Part shown: positions 26,161-39,021 of the stretch, in pieces | Position numbering within the stretch: position 1 is the first letter of the stretch | Layout: each line of letters opens with the position of its first letter | Assembly: GCA_965235115.1 (NCBI GenBank) | Contig: OZ249436.1 | Location: forward strand, 32,986,001-33,046,000 | DNA from: Laetmonice hystrix | Taxonomy: Eukaryota | Direction of reading: 5' to 3' | Length of the DNA stretch: 60,000 bases | Translations under genes and position numbers: made by a program | Notes under the pieces: generated by a model | What the model saw: the letters and a program-made list of their open reading frames with translations, nothing else | Database searches by the model: none | What the model was told of the DNA's origin: nothing

Positions 26161-28276
26161 AACTAGACACGTTGTGGCGACACCACAATTGATCCCATCC
26201 CCGGGGAGTCACGTCATATATGGGGTAAACAATATGGCTCAATCTTGCGCAGTTAATGATTTTTAAGTTTTAGAAGAGGTAAATGACGTAATTATGAGGT
26301 GACACGTCAGGCTACGTTATAAATCTTGGTCTCAAATGAAAGAGCATGTAGGCCCTACTTCCTATTAGCGTTTAATAGTAACTATAGTTCCAACTTCAAC
26401 CATTTACAAGTTATTGCCCTGAGAAAAATATCTATGACACCTTATGATGTCATGGGACACGTCACGTAAAAAATGTCAAGCGAAGGATGACTTCCTATTC
26501 GTGTTAAGTTGTAACCATGGCTCTATCTTAAATCGTTTATTACTTGGAAGCCTTGGAAGATGTCAATGGCATCATTATGACATCATAATATGATGTCATA
26601 ATGATGCCATATTATGACACGCTACATCATAAATTGGTGTCAATTGAAAGAGCATACAATGTATATAACTTCATATTCCTGTTCAATACTAACCATGGCT
26701 CCATCTTTCACCGTTTACGAGTTGTAGGCTTAAGAAAATAATGTTAACATCATTATAATCCCATACGTCATGCTCCTGCTTTCATGCAGGCTCAGATCCA
26801 GTACTGCAAGAAAGGAGCGGTTGATCCAGAACGAGAAGGAATATTTGTTTGAATCGTTTTTAAAAGTCGAATGTTCATCCCTCTTTCGCGCTGTTAAATT
26901 AAAGATATGACTCCAATAAAGAAGCATGACGTAGGTACGCCCTCAGGTCCTACTCAAAAGTCTACTGCACCTGTAGGGCCGCGGTTGTATAAATACGATA
27001 GAGAGTGGGTTTCGAGTGGGCCCGAAATATGAAATCTATCCACATCAATCTGCTGGCTCACTGAACCAAAGACAGCTGGCCATGAGTTGTCTTGTAACTT
27101 CAAGAAAACAGCCTTCAACAGAGTTTTGTTTTATAGATTAAAAAAATATGTATTAGACAGTTACACAATCAACTCCAAAGCACCGCTAATTCAATTAGGG
27201 TTGTTCTGGACATACAGATTCCGCCACCCCACCCTGACTGGGAGGACCGGGGAGTCGACACCAGCTGCAGGCCTTATCAGCACCATTTACATAACCCTCT
27301 GCCGACCCGGGCCAGAGCCGCCGGGTGGCGGCCGCACAGTGGGCGGTATGCAACCATCCTAGTGACAAACATTATTATTGTGAAGACTATACCCATGAAA
27401 AATTGTGATTGTGGCTATATTGCCTTTCGAGAAAAAGAATTAAACAATCAGTGGCATACCTGACTCTATGCACTTCATAAGAGATGTACTTGCATATGGA
27501 TATGTGTAATACGTTTCAAGATACAGGCCGTAGAAGTTCGGTTACATATTATTAAATCAGAAAGATGACGTCATAGATGACGTCACAAGTCACCTGATAC
27601 AAAATTATGGTACCTAATTAAAGAGGACATACACCTTTATCAAGTTCATGAACAATTAAGGCTCTGTCTTAAATCTTTCAAGAGTTACAGCCAAGAATCT
27701 TCCAAATGACCTCACTTTAAAACTTTCAGGTCACGTGGTTCAGCGAAAATAGGCCAAATCCTTAAAAATGATGGTGCTAAATGAAAGAGCATATCACTTC
27801 CTATTTGTGTACAATAGTAAACATGGCCCATTATGACAAGCATCTTCGAGTTTTAGCCATAAATAATGGGCACTGCTCAAAACTTCAAAGTCACGAATTT
27901 TACCCAAAAAAATGAGGAAGGAGTAGTGATTTAACCGATTTACGACCTAGTACCTAGTTCTCCCTAAGGTCAAAGGTCAAAGGTCAAACGAACGGTCAGT
28001 CTTAGGCAAGACCCTTGCCTGATCAAAACGCCATGACAGATATATAACAGATATATATGAACTTTAAAAATGGCTCCCAATGTCCCAAAAATTTGACGTC
28101 ATGACGTGACGTCACGTGACGTCATGACTCATTGTCTGACCAGACTTCATCATGGTCAAGATGCGTAACTAGTTTTGTTGAGATATCTTGAAAAATGACT
28201 GAGATAGACATAGTGTTTACTACAAGTCCACAACTACAATTTCAAAATCCCATCCCCTCCGTAGGGGATGGGATAA
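26161..28276 (-). mobile_element. Non-autonomous Helentron / DINE-1-like element B nested inside A
   Basis: AACTAGAC + stem-loop TTGTGG(CGACA)CCACAA + subTIR ATCCCATCCCC (26192-26202). Terminal hairpin ATCCCATCCCCT(CCGT)AGGGGATGGGAT (28247-28274). Internal core repeats marked by AATGAAAGAGC-like motifs. Confidence 0.8.
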
Positions 28277-30057
28277 TAATAGTGTACACCCAAACCGGAC
28301 AATTTCAAGATCCCGTTCCTTCCTGCCGGAGGAACGGGATAATGAGATTGGTCCATAAAATTTCTCTTCTCTAGCTCTGTTGAAATCGAGAAAGACGTCG
28401 ACGACTCAGTCCACGTCCTCTGCATACTACAAGCTGAATCAACAACGTATCCATTAACTGGGTCGACGCCAAAGTTTCCTGTTTTCAATTATATTGGCCC
28501 TATTGTTTGAACTCAACTAAAACATTTAAGTGGTGGAATTGTTTGGAAAAAGTCTGATTCATTGCTTATAGAAACTTTATTTCAGAGCCGTGTGTTGGTC
28601 AATATAGGAAAGGGCACAAGTCCGCTAGATACTACATTTTTGTATATCGTAAAGGCATCGTATCGTAAAATCTTGAAGAATAGGGTAATAGGAATAATAA
28701 TATTGAAAAGAAAGTCCGTCTCCGTTGCATGTCACTAATAAAATATAGCTTGCCTTACAGAAATCATGATGAATATTTAGCTCAAGAGGGCATGTATTCA
28801 TGAGCTGGTGGCAGGAACTAATGGTGTCCTTCGATTGCGCTGTATCGTCGCAATTAGGCGGAAGGCATGTTGCTTGATACGAATCACGCACCCGAGGCGC
28901 CCTCACGCAAGACGCCACCGACAGAGGGTATGATTACAGTGGTTACAGCAGGCAACGTATGGACACGATCTGTGGTGGGCCTTGAGCTAAAAACGTCAAG
29001 TCGAACAGCGCAATATCTATCGACATCACTAAACTATTTCAGGGTCGTTCATCCCACAAAACGAGACCTATAGCTTCCTAGAGTTTCAGAGGATCCCCAA
29101 CGGAATGAGATCAGTGGACACCTAATTGCAGAGATCATTCCTATTTACGACGTGACAGGTGTTTCCTTCGATGTTGCATTTACAGAAGGTTTCCAGAAAT
29201 GGCGCCCTGGGGCGGCATAGGCTTCTCCCGACGTTCATTAGTCGTTTGGCCCCCAAGCATGTGAACGGCCGTGCCCGAACCACAAGGACATATTACGGCC
29301 ACCTGTAGGGCCGCATGTCTGTTCGCAAAACGTCAAATTTCACGCAAAAAGTAAAAATATAATGCAATTCGTACTTTTTCAAAGAAAAACGACGCAAAAC
29401 GTAGAAGGGGGTCTCACAAAACGTGAAAAAATTCGAATCTGAGCTGTTTTACGTTTTGTGGTTATTATTATGTTTACTGTATAGTATATATGTTTGTACC
29501 ACCACTACCTATATTATATAGCCATATTTATTCCCACTACACCTTCATCAAGCTATACCTTAAAACGACATGTAAGGAACTCAAATTGATTCCAGATCAG
29601 AAGGGACGGAAGACTGGACTGTACTTATCTTCGAGTCCATTCATACTGGTACAAAGTAATGTTAATAATAATTTTTAAAATCATTATCTGACAGCGAAAT
29701 TTAAAAAAGCAGTCATGAATAGCAGACTCGAATGTTATACTCATCTTTACGGTATACCTCTAAGCACCCACTTTGTGATGCTATTTTGTACCTTACAATG
29801 GGGCGACACGGATATCTCTTTTGCTCTCTTTCTCTCTCGCTCCTTACAATGGAGTTGACAGCTGTGGAAAGAGATAAGGCGATCACATGGGGGGGGGGCG
29901 TCATTCACGCTGAAAAAAATCTTCTTAAGCATGCGGTGTGCTAGTCTTTGAAAAGTAAAACCAGTGGTTAGGCCCCTAGATCCCTGACAAACGGGTCTCA
30001 AGGTGCACACCAGTGCAGGGAAACGTTATAAGTCACTTCCAGCGTGACTTAAGGGAG

Positions 30058-30321
30058 CACTCGGATATCCTCAACCATTTCCAGAAGGTGATGTCGGTCG
30101 AAAAATAACGTGAACATTTATAACGTGAAATATCGTCAACAAAATAATTTACGGCACAGGAGGCATGCAGTTTGCTGAGTGATACACAAACAAGCACGAT
30201 ACAAACGACATTTTTGTTACATCATAGTTTGTGATATAAATCTACGCAAGGATGACGCTCACACCGTGCGAATTTACTCGACTGACGACACCTTCCAGAA
30301 ATTGCTAAGGATGTCCGAGTG
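30058..30321. mobile_element. 264-bp MITE with ~44-bp imperfect TIRs starting CACTC
   Basis: CACTCGGATATCCTCAACCATTTCCAGAAGGTGATGTCGGTCGA vs reverse complement of right end CACTCGGACATCCTTAGCAATTTCTGGAAGGTGTCGTCAGTCGA. No TSD left. Confidence 0.7.
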
Positions 30322-30997
30322 ATAGAAGACGTAAAGCCACATCCTTTGGTAAGATCATTTACATGACCAGATACTATTACTTTGTTCTCTCTCTTTTTAG
30401 GTTTGCAGTAGTCGGTGGAGTGAGGCCTCGAGTATCCATTGCGTCCCCGTTATCTGCCATTGGGAACAAGGGAGAGACCACGGTGAGCACTTCACCCCAA
30501 GGACGTCATACATCAACCGCAAGGAATCTACTCGACTGGAAAAGAAATCCAAATTAAGGACTAAACGGCCTTTAATGGGACTTTGTGGTGAAACAGCGGC
30601 ATTGCGCCTTTCTAGCTACTTTTATGGTTACGGTGAATAAGGCAAGAAAATATGACCGTGTGGAACGGGAAATGAGATCAAACTTTCAAGTACAAGAAAA
30701 TATGACGGTTATAACATTCCTATTTGTCGAGTACTATTTTTCTTTGGTCGGAAAAAACTATGCGCATGTGGAACGGGCGTGTGTGGTCAGTAACCTGAGT
30801 CGTTTACGAAAGTCGGCCCATGTGTCGATTAGGATGGGGCAAGCCGTCCTCTTTGAGGTCCAGATTGCTGTGAGTGGCTCTCACCAACGAGTCCAGATCT
30901 ATTCATCCAGACCTACGAGCTGTCCGATCCGACTACATTATAGAGGAAAGATACAAACGAATATGAACACCCAAAGAGGGCGTCTTGGTCTTTTCTG

Positions 30998-31170
30998 TGC
31001 AACAAGGAATCGGAGGGTGACAACCAGTCGTTATTCAGGTCTAAATGGTGTCTCTCATTGTGATCTTTGATCTTGCTGTCATCGGTGATACCTTCTGGAG
31101 TAACATCTGAAATGTTTCATCTATTCTGAGATAATTTCTGTACTCGAGATGGAGTTCCTTTACAGAATAC
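30998..31170 (-). pseudogene. PIF/Harbinger transposase N-terminal fragment
   Basis: YRNYLRIDETFQMLLQKVSP...ITMRDTI/RPE*RLVVTLRFLVA matches the Harbinger block F.NYLRM..ETF..LL..V.P......MR.AI.PE.RL.VTLRFLATG, with a frameshift and a stop. Confidence 0.7.
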
Positions 31171-31335
31171 TGTACCGTCCTCTGGTAGGTCTTCGTAACA
31201 GCCATGTTACAGTGTAGCAGTGCATCTGCCGCTGAAGCGGCGGCTGCGACCAACAGTCTAGACTGCACGGGAGCCATTTCGGATATAGAATCTACACATG
31301 TAGATTTGTCAAAGAATCTTTGACCGCGTAGAAGC

Positions 31336-34300
31336 GGTGTGACTAAATACCGAAATCCCCCGGAATCCCCCGGAATCCCCCGGAATCTACCGGAATCCCC
31401 CGGAATCTACCGGAATCCCCCGGAATCTACCGGAATCCCCTCAAATATGGGCTCAGAAGGGCCCAAAGTATCCCTGGAGCACATTGGAATCCGCCGGACT
31501 TTGCCGGATTTGACACAATTCGAGAAAAGGGCAAATGACTAAATACCGGAATCCCCCTGTATCTCTCTAATTTACCCCAAAATGTACCGGAATCCCCCCG
31601 GCTTTGGGCTCGGAAGGGCCCAAAGTATCCCTGGAGCACATTGGAATCCGCCGGACTTTGCCGAATTTGACACAATTCGAGAAAAGGGCAAATGACTAAA
31701 TACCGGAATCCCCCTGTATCTCTCTAATTTACCCTAAAATGTACCGGAATCCCCCGGCTTTGGGCTCGGAAGGGCCCAAAGTATCCCTGGAGCACATTGG
31801 AATCCGCCGGACTTTGACGGATTTGACACAATTCGAGAAAAGGGCAAATGACTAAATACCGGAATCCCCCTGTATCTCTCTAATTTACCCCAAAATGTAC
31901 CGGAATCCCCCCCGGCTTTGGGCTCGGAAGGGCCCAAAGTATCCCTGGAGCACATTGGAATCCGCCGGACTTTGCCGGATTTGACACAATTCGAGAAAAG
32001 GCAAAATGACTAAATACCGGAATCCCCCTGTATCTCTCTAATTTACCCCAAAATGTACCGGAATCCCCACAAATATGGGCTCACAAGGGCCAAGAGTATC
32101 CCTGGAGCACATTGGAATCCGCCGGACTTTGCCGGATTTGACACAATTCGAGAAAAGGCAAAATGACTAAATACCGGAATCCCCCTGTATCTCTCTAATT
32201 TACCCCAAAATGTACCGGAATCCCCCCGGCTTTGGGCTCGGAAGGGCCCAGAGTATCCCTGGAGCACATTGGAATCCGCCGGACTTTGCCGGATTTGACA
32301 CAATTCGAGAAAAGGGCAAATGACTAAATACCGGAATCCCCCTGTATCTCTCTAATTTACCCCAAAATGTACCGGAATCCCCCCGGCTTTGGGCTCGGAA
32401 GGGCCCAAAGTATCCCTGGAGCACATTGGAATCCGCCGGACTTTGCCGGATTTGACACAATTCGAGAAAAGGGCAAATGACTAAATACCGGAATCCCCCT
32501 GTATCTCTCTAATTTACCCCAAAATGTACCGGAATCCCCCGGCTTTGGGCTCGGAAGGGGCCAAAGTATCCCTGGAGCACATTGGAATCCGCCGGACTTT
32601 GCCGGATTTGACACAATTCGAGAAAAGGGCAAATGACTAAATACCGGAATCCCCCTGTATCTCTCTAATTTACCCCAAAATGTACCGGAATCCCCCCGGC
32701 TTTGGGCTCGGAAGGGCCCAAAGTATCCCTGGAGCACATTGGAATCCGCCGGACTTTGCCGGATTTCACACAATTCGAGAAAAGGGGGATTCCGGTATTT
32801 AGTCACTTGGCCTTTTCTCGAATTGTGTCAAATCCGGCAAAGTCCGGCGGATTCCAATGTGCTCCAGGGATACTCTGGGCCCTTCCGAGCCCAAAGCCGG
32901 GGGGATTCCGGTACATTTTGGGGTAAATTAGAGAGATACAGGGGGATTCCGGTATTTAGTCATTTTGCCTTTTCTCGAATTGTGTCAAATCCGGCAAAGT
33001 CCGGCGGATTCCAATGTGCTCCAGGGATACTCTGGGCCCTTCCGAGCCCAAAGCCGGGGGGATTCCGGTACATTTTGGGGTAAATTAGAGAGATACAGGG
33101 GGATTCCGGTATTTAGTCATTTCGCCTTTTCTCGAATTGTGTCAAATCCGGCAAAGTCCGGCGGATTCCAATGTGCTCCAGGGATACTCTGGGCCCTTCC
33201 GAGCCCAAAGCCGGGGGGATTCCGGTACATTTTGGGGTAAATTAGAGAGATACAGGGGGATTCCGGTATTTAGTCACTTGCCCTTTTCTCGAATTGTGTC
33301 AAATCCGGAAAAGTCCGGCGGATTCCAATGTGCTCCAGGGACACTCTGGGGCCTTCCGAGCCCAAAGCCGGGGGGATTCCGGTACATTTTGGGGTAAATT
33401 AGAGAGATACAGGGGGATTCCGGTATTTAGTCACTTGCCCTTTTCTCGAATTGTGTCAAATCCGGCAAAGTCCGGCGGATTCCAATGTGCTCCAGAGACA
33501 CTCTGGGGCCTTCCGAGCACAAAGCCGGGGAGATTCCGGTACATTTTGGGGTAAATTAGAGAGATACAGGGGGATTCCGGTATTTAGTCACTTGCCCTTT
33601 TCTCGAATTGTGTCAAATCCGGCAAAGTCCGGCGGATTCCAATGTGCTCCAGGGACACTCTGGGGCCTTCCGAGCCCAAAGCCGGGGGGATTCCGGTACA
33701 TTTTGGGGTAAATTAGAGAGATACAGGGGGATTCCGGTATTTAGTCACTTGCCCTTTTCTCGAATTGTGTCAAATCCGGCAAAGTCCGGCGGATTCCAAT
33801 GTGCTCCAGGGACACTCTGGGGCCTTCCGAGCCCAAAGCCGGGGGGATTCCGGTACATTTTGGGGTAAATTAGAGAGATACAGGGGGATTCCGGTATTTA
33901 GTCACTTGCCCTTTTCTCGAATTGTGTCAAATCCGGCAAAGTCCGGCGGATTCCAATGTGCTCCAGGGACACTCTGGGGCCTTCCGAGCCCAAAGCCGGG
34001 GGGATTCCGGTACATTTTGGGGTAAATTAGAGAGATACAGGGGGATTCCGGTATTTAGTCACTTGCCCTTTTCTCGAATTGTGTCAAATCCGGCAAAGTC
34101 CGGCGGATTCCAATGTGCTCCAGGGACACTCTGGGGCCTTCCGAGCCCAAAGCCGGGGGGATTCCGGTACATTTTGGGGTAAATTAGAGAGATACAGGGG
34201 GATTCCGGTATTTAGTCACTTGCCCTTTTCTCGAATTGTGTCAAATCCGGCAAAGTCCGGCGGATTCCAATGTGCTCCAGGGACACTCTGGGGCCTTCCG

Positions 34301-34899
34301 AGCCCAAAGCCGGGGAGATTCCGGTACATTTTGGGGTAAATTAGAGAGATACAGGGGGATTCCGGTATTTAGTCACTTGCCCTTTTCTCGAATTGTGTCA
34401 AATCTGGCAAAGTCCGGCGGATTCCAATGTGCTCCAGGGACACTCTGGGGCCTTCCGAGCCCAAAGCCGGGGGGATTCCGGTACATTTTGGGGTAAATTA
34501 GATAGATACAGGGGGATTCCGGTATTTAGTCACTTGCCCTTTTCTCGAATTGTGTCAAATCCGGCAAAGTCCGGCGGATTCCAATGTGCTCCAGGGACAC
34601 TCTGGGGCCTTCCGAGCCCAAAGCCGGGGGGATTCCGGTACATTTTCGGGTAAATTAGAGAGATACAGGGGGATTCCGGTATTTAGTCACTTGCCCTTTT
34701 CTCGAATTGTGTCAAATCCGGCAAAGTCCGGCGGATTCCAATGTGCTCCAGGGACACTCTGGGGCCTTCCGAGCCCAAAGCCGGGGGGATTCCGGTAGAT
34801 TCCGGTAGATTCCGGGGGATTCCGGGGGATTCCGGTAGATTCCGGGGGATTCCGGTAAATTCCAAGGGATTCCGGGGGATTCCGGTATTTAGTCACACC
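31336..34899. mobile_element. Foldback-like element: two head-to-head arrays of a 157-bp unit bounded by TIRs
   Basis: Ends GGTGTGACTAAATACCG / CGGTATTTAGTCACACC, 10-bp CCGGAATCYM subrepeats next to both ends, ~9 units forward and ~13 units reverse, orientation switch at ~32784-32788. Confidence 0.9.
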
Positions 34900-35113
34900 C
34901 ATATTTAATAATAATAGATGACATATGTAGAATGATTTCTATCATGCTCCTCGAACCTTTTCACTCTAGCTGTTAAAAGGCGACAGGTTTTTTTTTTGTA
35001 GTTTGGGGTTTGGTGCGTAGATGGCAGGGGGAAATTACAGAATGCTCTAATGTTCTTGGATAATATGACTTGATAGTCTCATACTCAAATATAGGCCAAG
35101 CCGTTTCCCTTTA

Positions 35114-36807
35114 TGGCCCTGTCACACTTTGACGATTTAGCCAGCGTATGCCGACGTATAAGATTTCTCTGAAACGCTGGCATACGCTGAACTTTCGATG
35201 GTTTTTTTCAAAGTTGAGCGTATACATAGCGTATTCATAACGAGTTGGACGTATACATAACGTATTAGTAACTTATATAGCCGGCGTTCACAACGTATGC
35301 CCAACGATAGTCTAACGTATCCATAGCGTGTGGCAGCGAATCGCCAACGATCACGTGACGTCAATTTTTTCCAGGTCGGGGGGGGGAGGTTTTTATGTTT
35401 ATTTTTTATATTCTATGAATGGAGTGGCGGCATGGCTGTAGGAAAAAGATACCCACGGTATTCATGGTCAGACGGCAAGTTAGGAAGGTATAGAAGACTA
35501 TAAACACTTCCAAGCTAGAATTTGAAGAAGAAAACATGAACATTCTATTAAAGTCTTTGTTCAAGTGAAAGTTAAACTTGTGCACATGTTCCACACAGAC
35601 GACAATTCAAAACATGAGGCTTATTTTAAATTTCACAGGTCGTTAATGGGTTTACAAAGCGCATTATACACTGTTCTTAGGCGGAAAGACGTTGTTTTGA
35701 CAGTTTTTACACTTTATTTTGTTTGTTTTTTTAAATAAAAAATATTTTTAAAAAAATCCAGGTCGGGGGCATTTCACAGGTCGGGCGGGGACGCTAAACA
35801 AGTAACTTTTTTTTATTTGGTACCATGGAGTCTTGACGAGTACTGACGGGTTCCTCCTGTGAACCCCATTTTTACCAATTTCTCTAAAGGCTGCCAGTAC
35901 GCTATTATACGGTACCTGTAAGTTAGAAACACGTTCAGTAAGTTCTGTGGTCGTCCGGAACACGTCCAATACGTCTACATACGTCAATAGACGTTGGAGA
36001 TAAGTTACAAATACGTTCAAAGCACGTTACTCATACGTTGGACATAAGTTGTGGTTACGCTAAACATTATCTTGACGTATGTCGACTTATGAGTAACTTA
36101 CAAGTAACGTGTCAGGGTCGGGGCCCATAAATTTTTGCCTAAAAATTGACGTAGCATTGACGTAAGAAGTAGAATGCTACTTCTTATACCGATTTGACGT
36201 AGGTCCGCCTCCGTCCAAGTGGAGAGCCGTCGGTAGGGACTTTTCTTTGGCGTGATGTGGGCCTTTATTTCAACGCAACATCAATTTTTATTAAAACTTT
36301 AATGGGACCACATAGAGTATGTTCCTCGTGCCACCATGAAACTTCATATATGTTGATGTAACATTATAAACTACATTAATTCAAAGTTTCGTATATTAAT
36401 TCTTATTTTAGGAAGTTACGCAGGCAGGCTCCACCTGCGTAGAAATAAGCCCCTTGCGTCAGTTACGTTAGTTACTTCTATTTGACATAAGGGATTATGG
36501 GCTATGTAAATTCTGACGTAATATTTATGGGCCCCGACCCTGAACGTGTGTCAACGATCGCATAACTTACCTACAACTTATGTCCCGCGTACGCGGGACG
36601 TATGACCCATACGTTGGCATACGTCGAAAATTTTGTGCATGCACAAAATTTCTTGACGACCTCACCGTACTACGACGTATACCAGCGTTCATCAGCGTGC
36701 TCTTAACTTACCCATAACTTATTCGACGTATGCCAGCGTATTCGCCAAATTCTTCGTAGGCCTACGTCGGCATACGCTGGCTAAATCGTCAAAGTGTGAC
36801 AGGGCCT
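35114..36807. mobile_element. PIF/Harbinger-type non-autonomous element
   Basis: 44-bp perfect TIR GGCCCTGTCACACTTTGACGATTTAGCCAGCGTATGCCGACGTA. TTA TSD at 35111-35113 and 36808-36810 (terminal base mismatched). Confidence 0.9.
36113..36542. mobile_element. 430-bp MITE with 7-bp TSD (P-element-like), nested in the Harbinger element
   Basis: TIR CAGGGTCGGGGCCCATAAAT / ATTTATGGGCCCCGACCCTG; AACGTGT duplicated at 36106-36112 and 36543-36549. Confidence 0.85.
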
Positions 36808-37019
36808 TTATACACAGTAAATTGTAAATAGATTCCAAGGCTTATATAGGCCTATAAAATCTGTACATAACGGCAATCTGGGTCACAGACAATCACTACG
36901 GTATCAACAATCTGTGACGTCATTCTGAAGCAGCAGCGTCGCCCGGCTTGAATCGGTTTAATCTATTTTCAAAATCCAATAATCTTAGAATACAGATTCA
37001 AATAAAGATTCGGCCGGCC

Positions 37020-37830
37020 TATCATCCTAAATCAGGACTTACCATTGATCGCTTTATTTCCATGGCAGGAGATTTTGTATAGATTGAGTTTTAGACAACG
37101 TTGAATGACGATTATAGTTGGAACATTTGAGTGACTTATTGTAATGATTGTCATGCATGCTAGAAAATAATCACGTCTTGTTTCGAGAAGCCTTGGTGAT
37201 AACTAAATTGTGAAAAGGGTGAAGAAATTTAAGGGTTTCGGACCAACCATACCTGATCGTGCCATGTGCACCATTGTCAACGTCCTAAAAGTGCACTCCT
37301 TCTTGGGAGAGCATGTCAAGGTTAACTTTCCCACAAAATATAGCTCTCCTCCTGAAATAATCGGTTTTCCTGTTTCCAAGAACACCAACTGCTACCATTG
37401 TCGCCCAAATATTACCACGGTCACCCTAAAAGATTGACCCGGAGCAAATAATAATCTAACACGGTGTGTCTGAATATTTAACTGGCACTATTCCTAATTC
37501 ACTGGTGGGGAGGATTTATCGTACGCCGCCATGTTGGTGGTAAATACAAGGTTGAGATTGCACTCAGTAATCATGGCAGAGATAGAATCTGTATCATTGT
37601 TCAGTTCATCTTGGAGCCAACCATTATAATTGTTAGCCTGGCTGATGGAGTACTCTCACAGGAAATCTCTTTGATCAACTTCAGTTTGAACATTATCTAT
37701 ACCATCGGATCACGTCGAGACAAGCGTGTACGCAGCGTTGGCGTTATGAAAAGTGGTAAGGATTCAGTTTAGGGGAAGGCGTTGTCACACAGACCTAAGA
37801 TTCTAACTGTCCTATAGAATGAACCCCACC
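37020..37830 (-). pseudogene. Decayed LINE AP-endonuclease fragment
   Basis: ILGLCD, ISTLYLPP, KPIISGG and an SD.-like block in the order of APE motifs. Shares ~50 bp with 39830-39876. Confidence 0.3.
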
Positions 37831-38180
37831 GATATGTCATCCGATGAAATAAAAAACAATATGAGCAGTGGTGAATAATCCAAAGAATATCAGCGCAACA
37901 TTATCAAGTAGTTACCAGCACGAGTGTCCTACAAACGCTAATATTGAGACAGAGACACGGCTGATCACAACGATCATGAGACATGCCTCCATTACAGTGT
38001 CTGCAGCTGGACAGTCGCTGGCGGCAGAATAGTCACCCTGTCCACTTTGACTATTTCTTGTTGAAATCGGGGTTAAATCCACCTTAACGTATGCAAGTTT
38101 ACTTATTTTTCTTTTTTTCTGTGATTTGAGTACAGGGTTGAAGGGCTTTACACCCCATGCAACACTCAACAACGAGTGAC

Positions 38181-39021
38181 TGTTGGCGCTCTGTGGACTT
38201 TGTGTTGAGAAGGAGGACTGGGAATGTTGAAGGTGTGGGTGTTGACGTCTGTGGACTTTGTGTTGAGAAGGAGGACTGTGAATGTTGAAGGTGTGGGTGT
38301 TGACGCTCTGTGGACTTTGTGTTGAGAAGGAGTGAGTGAGTGAGTGAGTGAGTGAGTGAGTGAGTGAGTGAGTGAGTAGTTAGTGTTTAACGCCCAGTCA
38401 GCAGTATTTCAGCTATTTCAGGGCGAGAACAAGGTAACTAACTCAGTCGGTGAAATCCATTGGGTGTGTGTTGAGGAGGAGGACTGGGAATGTTGAAGGT
38501 GTGAGTGTTGGCGCTCTGTGGGCTTTGTGTTGAGAAGGAGGACTGGGTATGTTGAAGGTGTGAGTGTTGGCGTCTGTGGACTTTGTGTTGAGAAGGACTG
38601 GGAATGTTGAAGGTGTGGGTGTTGACGCTCTGTGGACTTTGTGTTGAGAAGGAGGACTGGGAATGTTGAAGGTGTGGGTGTTGACGCTCTGTGGACTTTG
38701 TGTTGAGAAGGAGGACTGGGAATGTTGAAGGTGTGAGTGTTGGCGTCTGTGGACTTTGTGTTGAGAAGGACTGGGAATGTTGAAGGTGTGGGTGTTGACG
38801 CTCTGTGGACTTTGTGTTGAGAAGGAGGACTGGGAATGTTGAAGGTGTGGGTGTTGACGCTCTGTGGACTTTGTGTTGAGAAGGACTGGGAATGTTGAAG
38901 GTGTGGGTGTTGACGCTCTGTGGACTTTGTGTTGAGAAGGAGGACTGGGAATGTTGAAGGTGTGGGTGTTGACGCTCTGTGGACTTTGTGTTGAGAAGGA
39001 GGACTGGGAATGTTGAAGGTG
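38181..39021. repeat. ~59-bp minisatellite interrupted by a SINE-like fragment
   Basis: Unit GAAGGAGGACTGGGAATGTTGAAGGTGTGGGTGTTGACGCTCTGTGGACTTTGTGTTGA with 2-3 bp deletion variants. Confidence 0.95.
38331..38462 (-). mobile_element. SINE-like 3' end with (ACTC)n tail
   Basis: (GAGT)12 followed by GTTTAACGCC...AGCAGTATTTCAGCTATTTCAGGGCG. A related piece (GGTTTTACGCC...GTCATATCACGGCG) lies at ~49392-49452. Confidence 0.45.

Larger units (their letters stand above)
24873..28342 (-). mobile_element. Non-autonomous Helentron / DINE-1-like element A (outer)
   Basis: One end is AACTAGAC + stem-loop GATTGC(AG)GCAATC + subTIR ATCCCGTCCCT (24904-24914). The other end is the hairpin ATCCCGTTCCT(9)AGGAACGGGAT (28310-28340) followed by AA. 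TT target, no TSD, internal ~530-bp duplicated core. Confidence 0.75.

Noticed and set aside
31339..34902. Series of ~86-aa ORFs / CRISPR-like periodicity
   Set aside because: Products of a 157-bp tandem unit. There are no unique spacers and no cas genes, and the context is eukaryotic.
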